Position numbers and translations under genes: made by a program | NCBI GenBank assembly: GCA_964016885.1 | Contig: OZ024741.1 | Span: 363,940,001-364,004,000 of the forward strand | Length of the DNA: 64,000 nt | Direction of reading: 5' to 3' | From: Eledone cirrhosa | Taxonomy: Eukaryota | In this document: positions 46,161 through 60,342 of the stretch, one piece after another | How the letters are laid out: every line of letters starts with the position of its first letter | Numbering within the stretch: the first letter of the stretch is position 1 | Notes under the pieces: generated by a model | Seen by the model: the letters and a program-made list of their open reading frames with translations, nothing else | Told to the model about the DNA's origin: nothing | The model's database searches: none

Positions 46161-46538
46161 ATATATATAGAGAGAGAGAGACAGTTGTCCCATGGTATTC
46201 ATGGGGGTTATGTTCCTAGAGCCCCCGCGAAGAGTGAAAAACCCCGAATATTGAACAAGGTCCATTAAAATTCCTATAAATATCAAAATATAACATAAAT
46301 ATAATTAAAAAAGAGGGAGGGTCTTATGCGAAGGGACGTCCAATAACCTGGCAAATACAGTACACTGTTAATAATTTAGCGTTAAAAAAACACATATTGC
46401 CACAAAAAAAAGCCATTAAAAAAATTGCAGAAGATATTTATGATTCTACGGATATGTGATGGTTTCCACGAACAATTATTAGTTAAGTTCTAGGGAAAAT
46501 TCCGCGAATAACCGAGACCGCTAATCCAGGGTTCACTA
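46161..46538. mobile_element. pogo/Tigger-like MITE
   Basis: Termini CAGTTGTCCCATGGTATTCATGGGGG and CCGCGAATAACCGAGACCGCTAATCCAGGGTTCACT resemble Tigger-type TIRs and subterminal repeats. Confidence 0.6.
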
Positions 46539-46541
46539 TGT

Positions 46542-46925
46542 ATCATCATCATTTTTTTACATCTGCTTTTCTCTGCTTGCAAGGGTGGGATGGGAACTGA
46601 TTCTGGCTTGATTTCTACAGCTGGATGCCCTTCCTAACACCAACCTCATTTACAATGAGTGCTGGGTGCTTTTTTTCCGTGGCGCCTACATGTCCACTTT
46701 ACAGTGAGGGTTGGGTGCTTTTTTGCCGTGGCACCTCCACGACCACTTTGCAGTGGAATGATAGGGACCCCAGTCCTATCATTTCATTTCTACAGCTGAG
46801 TAAACTGGAGCAATGTGAAATAAAGTGTCTTGCTCAAGGAAACAACACATCACCCGGTCTGAGAATTGAACTCACAACCTTTCGATTGCAAGCCCAATGC
46901 TCTAACCACTAAGCCATGTGCCTCC
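46542..46925 (-). mobile_element. tRNA-head SINE with RTE-derived 3' tail
   Basis: A-box TGGCTTAGTGG and B-box GAGTTCAATTC on the minus strand; AGGAAGGGCATCCAG module; (GAT)n tail. Confidence 0.88.
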
Positions 46926-47162
46926 GAAAAACATGGAAAAATGATGATGATAGTGCATGTGATTCAGTGAATTACTGGTGGTGGTAAAAAAAATGAGCAT
47001 TTGCTACACAGATATTAAGAAAAAGATGAAGTTGTGTTTACATTTATTTAGTTTTTTTTTTGTGTATCGACCTATTACACGCAATTTGCAGCTCGATACA
47101 CAATAAATAATAAATACGTACATATAAATAAAACTTCATTGGTTTTCTTAATATATATATAT

Positions 47163-47493
47163 GAAGGCACATGGCTTAGTGGTTAGAGCATTGGGCTTGC
47201 AATCGAAAGGTTGTGAGTTCAATTCTCAGACCGGGTGATGTGTTGTTTCCTTGAGCAAGATACTTTATTTCACATTGCTCCAGTTTACTCAGCTGTAGAA
47301 ATGAGATGATAGGACTGGGGTCCATATCATTCCACTGCAAAGTGGTCATGGAGGTGCCACGGCAAAAAAGCACCCAGACTCATTGTAAATGAGGTTGGCG
47401 TTAGGAAGGGCATCCAGCTGTAGAAATCAAGCCACAATCAGTTCCCATCCTACCCTTGCAAGCAGGGAAAAGTGGACGTAAAATGATGATGAT
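47163..47493 (+). mobile_element. tRNA-head SINE with RTE-derived 3' tail, head-to-head with 46542-46925
   Basis: Highly similar reverse complement of 46542-46925, lacking one internal subrepeat. Confidence 0.88.
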
Positions 47494-47719
47494 ATATACA
47501 CTACTAAATTGACAAAGCACAAAAGTTTATTCCAAAATATGAATTTTTATGAAGACTGGACCTCTTTGGTCAGGAATGACCAAGGGTTTGTATGGAGAAA
47601 AGTCCTCTTCAAACAAATCTTTTTCTATTGTCTGGGGTTGACCAATGTCTTGTGAATGAAATTTGGCAGGTGGAAATTGCATAAAACTTGTTTTTATTTA
47701 TTTATATATATATATATAT

Positions 47720-47906
47720 GAGAAAGTATGACCCCGACGGCAGAGCTCAAGCCGTTTCGATGGCTATTTCTAGAAATAGCCATCAAAACGGCTTGAGCTC
47801 TGCCGTCGGGGTTATACTTTTTCCTATTACCCACTCTACTACCCTAAGTATTGAATACTCTGGTGCGTTATGGTCCATCTGGTTCCTTACCACAACTCCT
47901 CCATTC
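47720..47906 (+). mobile_element. 104-bp loopless palindrome plus ~83-nt tail between (TA)n; putative Penelope-like fold-back
   Basis: 47720-47823 is self-complementary about TTTCT|AGAAA with 3 mismatches. Confidence 0.6.
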
Positions 47907-49117
47907 TATATATATACACATATATATATATATAAACACACATATAGGAACCAAATGTTTCCTTGGTTCACAACAGTCATTGCCGATACTTTCTACAGGT
48001 CACAACTCTTGGCAAAAAGAGGCAAAATTTGAACTCAGAAGCAACAGAGTTGAATCAAATATCACAAAGCATCCTGTCAGACTATTTAATAATTTTGCAA
48101 TCCACCATTTTTGGACTGGTACTTCATTGATCCCAAAGCTGACCTCAGTGAGTGCAAAAGGCCAGAACAAATACCAAGACATTTATCCCAATACTCTCAC
48201 AACTCTGCCAATTCATTGCCTCTAATAATAGTATGATATTTAATACTAATCAACTAACACCTTAATATTTTTACTAATCATAGTACTATATATTTTGTAT
48301 AAAATGAAATGAAATTTACAGTTAATACCTATGCAGGTTTAGCTGGCCTCCCACAAGTTGCATCACATAAGAGGTTTCTCAGATGTTTTGATGATAGTAA
48401 CCTCAATCCTATCATGAGACAATGTGAAATAAAGTGTAATGTTCAAGAAAGCAATGTGCCACCCGGTCCAGGAATCGAACCCACAACCTTATGATCATGA
48501 ATCCAACACCCTAACCACTAGAACACATGCTTTCACGGGAACATTTAGTATTTCAAATGGAACTAAATTCCTTTTACAATATTCTATACTAATCAACTAA
48601 CACTAACATAAGTCTGGTTAAGTATATAACTTTTTTAATGCTGGTGTTACAATAAAATGTGTCCAGTATATTCTGTAAATTGGTAATGCTGAAGTACATT
48701 GCAACATTGTAGTGCTGGTGCCAATTGCTTCCAATACACCCTGTAAAATGGTTGGCACTAGGCAGGGCATTTAGCTATAGAAACCATGTCAAATGTGGAA
48801 TGTATAAGCAGGAAGTCTCTGTCCTGTCTAGTCTCTGACTATGTCATCCTGTTCAAGCTATGGAAAGAGTATAAAAAATGATAACACTTTAATATTGATA
48901 CTAATAATCATACTAAATTTTAAATATAAACAAAAAAAAAAAAAATGCTCTGAGTCAGTGGTTGAAAATGCCACCTCATAGCAACAATCTGAAGAAAAAC
49001 AATAATGTTAAATGATCTGAATGGGAAAAACCAACCAACAAAGATCATTTAATCTTGATATCTATCTCAATGCCATTTAACACTTAAATCTGTACTATAT
49101 AGCTGAACAATGAGTAT

Positions 49118-49119
<2 letters not shown>

Positions 49120-49153
<34 letters not shown>

Positions 49154-49250
49154 TGTGAGTGTGAGTGTGTGTGTGTGTGTGTGTGGTGTGTGTGGTGTGT
49201 GTGGTGTGTGTGGTGTGTGTGGTGTGTGTGGTGTGTGTGGTGTGTGTGTG
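49120..49250. repeat. (GT)n / (GTGTGTGGT)n microsatellite
   Basis: Directly visible. Confidence 0.93.
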
Positions 49251-51599
49251 CGCACGCGCGCAATAATCTGCATTTAACATTAATGATAAAGCCACAGTAG
49301 TTATACAAGCATAATTACTAAATTGAACATACATATTTACATTTCAGTGTCGCATCATTACTGTAATTAAACATATTAACATAAAATCATCAATTAAGCT
49401 GAAAATTATAATGTAAATCCTATTATGAAGTGTTGTTATTGAGTCCTAGGTTAAACCTGATTGATCATACCTATGATCAAAGGCACTCCAGCCATGATCA
49501 TTCAGTCATTTTGCTATATACAGGTAGTTAAAGACTATCTTAGACGGCCATCAGACCAGACAGTCCATTGAGTGTTAATCCCTAGCTGTTGCTATTGGTA
49601 CTCATTTTTTCAGTAGAGAAAACTATTTTAAAGTGAAATGAAGTGTTTTGCTCAAAGATACAACATGCTGTCCAGTCTAGAAATCGAAGCCATGGCATCA
49701 CAGTTGTTAGCCCAACACCCTGAACATTAGGCTGCATGCCTCTGTGTGCAGGTCACCCATGATCATATTGTTCAACATGTCCTGTTTTAAGATGGTAGGA
49801 ATGATATGAATGCTAGGTCAAGGGATTGCATAGAGGCTCAACTTCTCATGTAATGAATGTGAAGTTTGGGAGATGACAATAAAAACAAATGACTAGGAAA
49901 GCATTAGATGAGACTAAAAACAAAAAGAAATCCCCACAAAAAAATGATCACTAATTATAGGAAAAATGCAAATAATAGATCCATTAATTTGATAATTAGA
50001 GGGCTGTGAAGTGACAGAATCATTAGAGCACCTAACAAAATGCTTCATAGTGTTTGGTTACAACTCAACTTTGCCTTTCATCCTTCCAGGGTTGATAAAA
50101 TAAATACCAATCAAGTATTGGGGTTGATATAATCAACTTTCCTTTACCCTCAAAATTGCTGGCCTTGTGCCTAAATTAGAAATCATTAATTTGATAGTTA
50201 ACTACATTAGCCATAAATAATTTCTAAAATCTGGCCTTACAAAAGGAGACAGGATTTGAACTAAGAATGCACAGAGTCGGAACAGTATCAGAAAGCCTTC
50301 CATTTGACTTTTTCACAATTTCGCCAATCCACTACCTCTGGATTGGTATTTTATTAATTCTGAAAGGATGAAAGGCAAAGTTGACTTCGATAAGATTTGA
50401 ACTCAGAACATTGGAACAAATACCAAGGCATTTAATCCAATGCTCTAATAACTTTGCTGCCTAACAACAGTTGAGGGGGGGGGGGGTTAATTAACCATAT
50501 TTCTAACTAGAAATACAAATCAACCTTTTTATCTAAAATCTTTTTGGAAGGATAATTATTTAAAGTTGGCAAATGTAAATGAATTTCTCAAAGAAATCCA
50601 TTTTTGTATTACAAGTTAGGCAAAATAAAAATCAGATACATCAGAAACCTTCCCCGAACCTTGACACACACAAAAAAAAAACAACAACCAGCAAGAAAAT
50701 TGTAAAATAAATTCTAAACTGTCAACATTTTCAATCTAAAGAAAACAACTAAGATAGATTAACCATTTTTGATAACAAACCACCTCTGGTTTTATAAAAG
50801 CTGTTTATTTTGAAGTGCTTCCTTAAAAATGCTCCTGTCTTAAATTTAAGTAAAAGCCTTTAAGTTATATTCTAAACTACAAATTTATAATGAGAAAGTT
50901 ATATTAGTAAATCCCTACAAATTCTTGATTATTTTCAAAATTATTTGAAAATCACAGAGTATCTTTCATTATTGTAATGAAAAAGTTAACATACAATATC
51001 AAAAACTTTTTTTCTAAATCTATATCTTTTATATCATAATTAATGAACAATTGTGTCATTGATTAGATGTTTCAATGGACTGAACCAATCCCTCACATTA
51101 ATTAAGGAATACCAAAACCTCACTCAAACAATTGGGGGCAGTCTTATGACCAAATGCTTTCCAGCCATAACTATCCTGTCTGCTTATCAGAAATAGTGTA
51201 TTCAATGTGTCCTTCCTTATTTTAAATCTTTCATTATCCTATTTCTAATGAAAAACTGCCTATAATTTAAAGTCATTTTGAGGGAATTTATTAATGACAC
51301 ACCTTACAAAGGAAGGTTTTTAGGTAAATATAAACACTTTAAAATAAGCTATTTTGTCTCATTGAGCCATGGGTGGTTTTAGGTGCTTTGGTAGCAAATG
51401 ACTTAAAGACAGTGGAGTGTGTTATTTGATGGAGATTCATCTGATATCTATACAATAGTACCTGCTTCAGTATACCTAGTTGCCAGTACTAAGTTCTAAA
51501 TCACCACTTAGTCCAGGAGTTCTTTACACCACAACCTATTAACCCCAAATATAAGAGAAGTGAGCACCAGCACTAAAGGCTCTCAAGGTTTAGAAAGCA

Positions 51600-51637
<38 letters not shown>

Positions 51638-51669
51638 TGTGTATACAGTTGCATATAAATACACACAAG

Positions 51670-51990
51670 TGAAAGTGCAGGACTTAGTGTTAAGGGCATT
51701 CAACTCACAATAATAAGGTTGTGAGTTCAATTCCAAGCAGTGGGTGTGTCCTTGAGCAAGGCATTTTATTTCATGTTGTTCTAGTCCATTCAGCTGGCAA
51801 AAATGAGTTGTATCTGTAATTTGAAAGGCCAGCATGTCACATTCTGTGTCACGCTGAATCTCCCTGCTAACTATGTTAAGGGTATACATGCCTGTGGAAT
51901 GCTCAGCCACTTGCACATTAATTTCATGGACAAGCTGTTCCATTAACCATATCAAGTGGAACAGTCATTGTCATAACCAACAGTGTCAGT
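51670..51990 (+). mobile_element. tRNA-derived SINE (distinct body)
   Basis: GAGTTCAATTCC B-box, then GTGTCCTTGAGCAAGGCA..TTATTTCA shared with other local SINE heads. Confidence 0.65.
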
Positions 51991-52035
51991 TAGTTATAAA
52001 CACAAACATATGTAAATGTAGAGGGAGAGAGTATA

Positions 52036-52480
52036 TACTGTATATACTTGAATATGAGCCGACCCCCTATTCCATGCTTTACTAATAGGCACAAGTTTTT
52101 ATTAGCTGAGGTTATTAACACATTTAGATGGTACAGTTTGAAAATTCTCATGATTGGAGAATATATTTATGAAGTTTTGATATTTAAAATGTTCTAAGTG
52201 TCATTTAGAGTATAGTTTTTGTTTCACTAATTCATTATGTAATGCTTTTTTACCAATTTCTGACAGTTTTGAAGGCCATATTCATTCAAAACATAAAACA
52301 ATAGGAAATACAAATTTCACGTTGAATGTGAAACCAGTATAATATTTATTTCTAAAGCAAAAAATTTTAGTACCTCATTTATATAAAATTTTGAAGTCGG
52401 TGAAAATCAGCAAAATATTGACCCTGAACATAAGCTGATCCACATTTTACTATCAATTTTTTTTTTGTCACATATATACG
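52036..52480 (+). mobile_element. Decayed Tc2/pogo-like MITE (related fragment ~61770-61880)
   Basis: Starts TA|CTGTATATACTTGAATATGAGCCGACCC; block GAAGT.GGTGAAAA...TATTGACCC...ATAAGC is shared with 61775-61825. Confidence 0.5.
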
Positions 52481-55400
52481 ACATATATATATATACACGT
52501 GTTCTTAAAATAGATTTATTTTTACAGTGGCATACAAGTTGATGGGGGGAGTTAATGTTTGCAACTAAATATTTGTGAACTTCAGAATTATTTTATCCAC
52601 ATTTCTTTGGGTAATGCTACATGCATTTTTTGCCCTTGTTACTCCAAAAGAGTTGTATACTATTTATAGATAACCATGAGGGGTAGCTTACATACAACAT
52701 AATGGAATAACTTTTATGATTGAAGAGAGAGAAAAAGAGGGACAAAGAGTGAAAGAGAGAGAGATAGAGAGTGCTAGAGGTAAATTTAATATTGAGTACA
52801 TTCAAAAGATAAGCTAGGCAGACTGACAGACATCAAGATGGAACTGCAATGGTGCAGTAGATAAGGCTGTAAGAGATAAGCAGCAGACCAGGAGAGAACT
52901 CTGTTCAAAAAGTATGTGTGCTTGTTAAAAATGGAAGTTAACCCTTAAATGTCTGTATTTTTTCCAGAGTTCAAATCCCAGCAAAGTCAACTTTGCCTTT
53001 CATCCATATCAATTTGTGGGTGATGGATTGGCAGAATTGTTAAGGAGTCAATCACAAAGCTTTTTGGTATTTGATCCAGCTACATTCATTCAGAATTCAA
53101 ATCCCATCACCTTCTGCCAGGGGTTGTGATCATCAGGTCATATCAGCAATGGAATGACCAATAGAAACATAATTTCCTTGGTCTGACCTGAAGATCAACT
53201 CCTTTCCCCACCCTTTTTTTGTAATGAATCCAAATAATTTTGAAAATAATCAAGAATTTGGAGAGATTTAGTAAAATAACACATTTTCTCATTATTAAGC
53301 TGGTGTTTAGAACACAGATTTTTACAAAAATTATGAAGGAATGACTTTAGATAAAGATATATAAGCACTTTAAAAGAAGACGTTTTGAATTGTAGAACTA
53401 GGGGTGGGTGGTTTCATGCAGTTTGGTAGCAAAAGGATTAAAAAAAGGGGATGGGAGTGTATTTCAACAAAATATTGCTAGCAAAAAAGTAAAACTAAGA
53501 GAAAGAAAAACCTTTATTATTTTGTGTTTAAATCAAATTTTTACACTTTCTTTCACACAATTTTGAGTATCTTTTGTTAATCCTCAAATTATTCAATAAT
53601 AGTCAAGTCAGCAGATGAACCATGGTTTAGACTATTCCATAGTCACAGCGAGAGGTTTCCACATTACATTCCCATTTCACTTTCATGACTAGTTTGTAGT
53701 TATTATTGCTATGTTACCTATGCAAGCTTAGCTGGCCTCCAACAAGTTTGGATGTCATAGGAGGAGGTTTTTGTGATGGGGCTCAAGCTCTATCATGAAA
53801 AGCAGCTTCAAATGAAACATCCTGCTCTCAAGAATACAATGTTCCACACAGTTAAGGAGTGAAATCTATAGTATTATGATTGGGAATACAACAGCCTGAC
53901 CACTAAGCCACACACCTCCTCAAATTCAACTATTTTCAATCTTTCAATTATAGTTATAGATCATGCATCATTATTATTATTATGTCAACATTTTGCCATG
54001 CTTGGCATGGGTTGGATGAGATTTTTTGACGTGATGTTTTACAGCTGGATGCTCTTCTTGACACTAACTTTTTTAGTTATGTCTATTGCCCTGCAGGGAT
54101 ACAGTGTATTTATTCTAAACAGGATATAGAGACAGAAAACAAGAGATAAATGAAAGAACTTCAAAAATAGTTAATAGGATACTGAATTCTGAAAGTTTAA
54201 GTAAAGAAATAAGGTGTTAGTTAATTCTAAAAGTCACACAATCAACAGCAAGGACTAGTGGTTAAGGACAGGCAGTGTGTCGTGTTCTTAAACAAGATGC
54301 TTCATTTCACATTTTTCATGATAAGACTAGGACTTCTATCATTAAAACACTAGAGAAACCTCCTATAAAATACAGTCTTGCAGGAGGTCAGCTAAACCTG
54401 CATAGTTGTGAGCTGTCAATTTCATTTCATTAGGAATATCACTTTTCTATGTAGGGTAAGAAGTGGAAATTGACTTGATTTGAGACTGTGTTGAAACCAA
54501 AGCAATTACATTGTGGAAGCTTCATTTTAGTCATTAAAAAATGCACACAAAAACTGCAGTGAAATGTTATCAGTGAGTCACAAAATAAATGAAAAATGAA
54601 TATAGCAGTTGTGCAGGTGTTTTGAATGGCTAAATTGACTTTTACAATGTAATTACTTGAAGAAATTAAAATGTTTTGAATCAATATAGACAATAAAATC
54701 TGTGGTAGACTGACAAGGGACCAATATAGTAGCAGTATAAATAATTTTTAACTGAAAGTTATGAACTGGTCAGATGACTTTCAATAACAAGTAGGTAAAA
54801 AACATAATCCTATTTAAATTAAAACCTTTGAACATTAATTTGATATAAGAACATTTTGTTATGTACATTTTGTTATGTACAAATACCATCATAATGAAAT
54901 AGTTAATAATTTTTGTAAATGCTTCCAAATTAATTATACTTTATTAGAAATATGGTCACAAAAAGACTAAATTTGAAGATAAGGTAGAAGATGGCATTTT
55001 GACAAGAATTAAAGGAAGAACTGTTTCTTTCCTCATGTAATAAGCAGACTAGACTATATTGTAAATAAAATGTAGACATATCACCAACTAAGCACAGCTG
55101 GTTAATACCTAAAACAAAGCAGTAAAATATCCATTAATTAATAACACTACAATCTCATGTCCTTTGAAAAACACATCAGACAGATGTTGCCTCATCATCC
55201 TAACAGACAGAATTGTGAAGGCATTACTCCTAGGAAGTGAAAGGATATGTGCTAAGTTAATTAGCCTAACTCAATGTTCCTTCTTACAAATGGCCATGTC
55301 TATCCTAATTACAGTAGGAAGGGTAGTTCAGGGACCCATGACATCAAATATGTCCACCATTATAGGTTCGCTGACAGCTTGCAATCTTTGACTTGTCATA

Positions 55401-55874
55401 GTAGTTAATGCAAAAAGACCAGTGTAAAATGAATTGACCATAATTCATTTGATGTTTAACTCACCTCTGATATATAACATTCTGTGTAATAAAAAAGATT
55501 GTTGTTGGATTTCTAAAAGAGTAACAGTTTCATACATCATCTACCAGGCATTATATCTTGCCTGCTGCTTATCCATTTTGCTTTTGAGCAATATATAACA
55601 GTTGAAGCTTTATACCAACCTTGTATTTGACCTATCAGCTATTGTATTTGTGGTCATGCCTTTAAAATGAGTGAAGCACATATAATAACATACATGTCAC
55701 ATTTGACAGTTTCAATAATAAAAATACACAGATGTGTATTTTGATGGAAAAGCATTGCAATAATTTATTTAAAATATGCCTTTAATATTACAAGTACATG
55801 GATGTATTTGTATATATGAATGTGTGTGTGTGCACACATTTACCTTATATATATATATATTTAAAAAAAAAAAA

Positions 55875-55927
<53 letters not shown>

Positions 55928-55939
55928 AGAGAGAAATAT

Positions 55940-58900
55940 TCGCCTGTCTAATATACGTACTTGTATCGGATTATTTCACCCAAATCTCCTGAGATGCTAT
56001 AAGCCATGATGGCTACCTATCTCACAATTTCCCTGCCAGCCACCCCCTCACACCACCATAGCCTATTCGACCAATCAAACCTCAGCAACACGCCCCCCCC
56101 CCCATTACCAACCCCCACAAACTGCGATTACTACTACTACTACCTTTCTTCTCGCCCTTACCAGCCCCAATAAACCCTGCCATTATCACCACTACTGTTC
56201 TTCTAGCCCTGAATTCTCATACAGTTATGTATGGATCAGCTGAGGATAAATGGAGCAACCCCGAATTAATAAATGAATATGAATCCGTGAGTTACCAAGC
56301 ACCCATGCAAAGCTTTAATTCAAAGACAGGAAGCATGCACACACCCGCAAAAATTTACCCTTTCCCACGAATGTTGGCAAATGCCCAAAACTCCGAGTTG
56401 GAACCATCAATGTAAGCACAATGAAAAGAAGAGCAGGAGAAATTATAGAGATGCTAGAGTGAAAGGAAATTGATGTGTGCTATGTGCAAGAGACTAGATG
56501 GAGAGGAGAGTCCGTTAGAGTCCTTGTAGGCAAAAGTCAGTGCTACAAATTCTTCTGGGTGGGAAATGACAATGGGACTGGTGGTGTAGGCATCCTACAA
56601 GCTAACAAATGGGTAGATAAGGTAATCTCAGTGAACAGGGTGAATGCAAGAATCATTAAACTCAGACTAGTCCTGAATAAAATAATTACCACAATAATAT
56701 CAGCTTACACACCCCAATCAGGGTTGCCAGACGAACTTAAGGATAGGTTTTACGAGTCCCTAATGCACATTACTGCCCTAACAAACGACAATGACTTCCT
56801 AATCATTGGAGGAGATTTTAACGGACACGTAGGTAAACACTGTGACGTCCATGGAGGCCATGGGTTTGGCACAAGAAATGAAGAAGGCTTCAGGCTTCTA
56901 GAATTCTGCGATGCCAATGACATGTGGATATATAACACAAACTTCAAAAAACCCCAAACCATCTGATCACCTATAGATCAGGGGAGCATTCTAGCCAGAT
57001 AGATTTTATCCTCATCAGAGGATGTGACAGATGGACGGTCGTAAACACAAAAGCCTTCCCTAATGAGGAATGTACCTCCCAACATAACTTAGTTGTCAGC
57101 GACCTTAAGGTCAGAACTAGATGAACTTGGAAACAAAAGGCAACCTGGAGAAGAACGGCCCCTCAGCCAGTAACAGATTTAAAGATATTTTACTCAACGC
57201 CTATGAGTGTAAAGAAGAACAGAGAGAGACATTCAATGTAGAAGAGCACTGGGATTTCCTAAAAAATAACTTACTAAGGGCGACGGATGAGATGTGGTTG
57301 GAGCAAGACCACAGGCAGGAGGAGAGTAACTTGGTGTGGGAACAATAAGGTAGATATGGCAGTTACGGCTAAGAGAGAGGCATGGAAAGAATGGAAGAAC
57401 GGGGGGGGGGGGGGGGGGAGCAGGGTACATTACATAGAGACCAAGAGGGAAGCTAGAAGAGAAGCGGAGGATAGAAAATTCAAGCATGTCTTGCAACGCG
57501 AGGACCAGAAACAGGAGGTGTTCAAGATTGCAAGGCAGTGTGTCGGAAAGAATTGTGATGACATTGGAAAGAAGTGTATCCGGAATGATAAAGGTGAGCT
57601 TGCCCTCACAAGTGCTGAGAAGAAAGATGCATGGAAGAGCCATTATGAAAGATTGAGGAGAATGCATGGGAAGAAGAGACCCTACCCCCAAGTAGACCCT
57701 ATAGAGGGGCCAGCAGTACAAGTCAGCAGCAGCGTAGTAAGTAAGGCAATCAAAGATATGAAGACGGGGAAAGCAAGCGGTCCATCGGGTATAGCTGCTG
57801 AGATGCTGAAGGCATCTGAGTTGGTAGGTCACACCATAACCACACGTATTGTTAACCAGCTAATACTAGGTGTCATACCAAAGGATTGGTGCAGCAGCAT
57901 CATTGTCAACTGCTACAAGGATAAAGGTGATGCATTAGATAGAGGAAACTATAGAAGTATAAAGCTGATGGACCAGGTCATGAAAGTAACAGAAAGAGTT
58001 ATAGCACAGTTGATTAGGGACTGGGTGAAACTAAATGAGATGCAATTTGGATTTGTATCAGGCAAAAACACCACTGATGTGGCAGTTACAGGAAAAGTAC
58101 CTAGCTAAAAGTAAGCCGCTCTACCTGGCATTATTCGATCTCGAGAAAGCCTTTGACAGAGTTCCCCGTGCTATAATCTGGTGGGCTCTTAGAAAACTAG
58201 GAGTAGATGAATGGCTTGTGAAAGCTGTACAAGCCATGTATAGGGGAGCAGTCAGCAAAGTTAGGATTAGCAATGAGTATAGCGAGGAATTTAGCATACA
58301 GGTCGGTGTCCACCAGGGCTCCGTTCTTAGCCCTCTCCTGCTCATCATAGTTTTGCAGGCAATAACGGAGGAGTTTAAGACCGGATGCCCATGGGAACTC
58401 CTGTATGCAGATGACCTCGCACTTATAGCTGAATCTATGGTAGAACTAGAGAAGAAATTCCAAACATGGAAGCAGGGACTAGAAAGAAAGGGTCTCAAAG
58501 TCAACCTGACAAAGACTAAGGTCCTTGTTAAGTAGACGAGAAAACAGAACCCAGATCCCCTCAGGGAAATGGCCTTGCTCAGTATGTAGGAAAGGTGTAG
58601 GTCGGAACTCCATCCTCTGCCCAAAATGCAATCAATGGGTACACAAAAGATGTAGTGGGATCTCAGGAAGCTTAACTAAGAATGTAGGCTTCACATGTAG
58701 CAGCTGCGCTGGGACAGCAAGCAGCAAACAGCCACAGGAAATAAGCACCACCAAATGGTGGTGCTTGTTTCCTGTGGCTGGGAGGGCTCTGTAGAAACAG
58801 TAGACAGGTTCTGCTACCTAGGTGACCGAATTAGCAGCAGAGGTGGGTGTTCGGAAAGTACAATAACTAGGGTAAGAACGAGATGGAAGAAGTTCAAGGA

Positions 58901-59373
58901 GTTACTGCCACTGCTAGCTGCAAAAGGCTTTTCCCTCAAAATGAAAGGCAGACTGTATGATGCGTGTATATGAACAGCAATGGGCGCTGTCTGTAGAAGA
59001 CTTGTGTAGATTAGAAAGAAACGAAGCATGCATGCTCCGATGGATGTGTAATAGTAATATACGTGAACAGCAAAGCATAAACGAATTGAGAGAGAGACTG
59101 AGCATAAGAGGAATCAAATGCTGTGTGCAGGAGAGGAAGTTGCGTTGGTATGGACATGTGATGCATATGAAGGATGACAGCTGCATAAAAAGGTGCAGAG
59201 CACTAGAAGTCAATGGAAGCTGTGGAGTGGGGAGACCTAAAGAAGACCTGGATGAGGTGATAAAAGCCGACCTTACCCAATTACACCTCTCAAAGGCGAT
59301 GACACACGACCGTGACCTCTGCCATCACGCAGTAATACAGAAGACCTGGACGTAAAACGGTGATGATGATGAT
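55940..59373 (+). mobile_element. Full-length but decayed RTE LINE (APE + RT + Cys cluster)
   Basis: Consecutive ORF fragments 56475-56966 (APE), 57287-58108, 58035-58535 (YADD), 58525-58794, 58957-59355. Many frameshifts; G-run at 57402-57418; (GAT)n tail; 5' limit approximate. Confidence 0.94.
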
Positions 59374-60342
59374 ATAAAATCATCATCCTCATCATTTTAC
59401 TAGTATTTGGCATGTTTACATGCCAAATATTTGACGTAAATTTAGATAACAATTTCACAGTCTCGGTTATCTCTATACTGTATATATACAGATATAAACT
59501 TTATCTCAGCTGCTTAGCACACAACTTATATATATATGTATATATCCTCATCATTGTTTTAATGTCCATTTTCCTTACTAGCAACAGTTAGACATGCCTA
59601 CATAGACCAAGTCAGTACTGAAGTGGGGCTAACAATCTCCAAGATAGGCACAGTTTCATGTTCTACCAAGTGCACAGGAGACATGACAACCTTTTGTTCG
59701 GCAAGCTAGTGATTGTTGGATGCCCTTTATACACACACACACATATATATATATACCATATATACTTCAATATAAGCAAACCCTGCTATTTTATGTCTGA
59801 GAAATGGGCACAAATCCAAGCCCTGTTTGTAAGCTGAAGCAGGTAATCAACACATGATGCAGATTTGAAGTTCTCATGAGTGAAGGAAACATTTACAAAA
59901 TTTTAATATTTTGCTAATTACTAGACATATATATAAAATAAGACTACCACATTTAAAATAAAATTTATTTCTTTATAATTAAAAAATAAAAAAGCATGAA
60001 TAAATTCTAAATTAATCTAAACTATAATAAAGCAAGGAGTGCGGGACTGCGTCCAGAATACATTATTTTATCCTATTTGTAAAATAAATTGGATTACTTT
60101 GAATAAAAAATGAATGAATATTACATAATTTATCTATTAAATTTCGTTATTCTTGATTAAATATAAATAATTTTGTTCCTTATTTTAAGATTCACTTCTT
60201 TAAAATTTTCAAATGTCAACACTTCCGGTTAGCCATCGCTTATATAAACATTCATATATTTCCGTCGCTAATTTTCTCCTAATGCAGTTTATATATAATA
60301 TCGTCTTTTTTTTTAATGTATCATGGATTACATTACTGATTA

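Noticed and set aside
55050-55670. Possible very old Tc1-like transposase or host exon
   Set aside because: Stops in all frames and no diagnostic motif.
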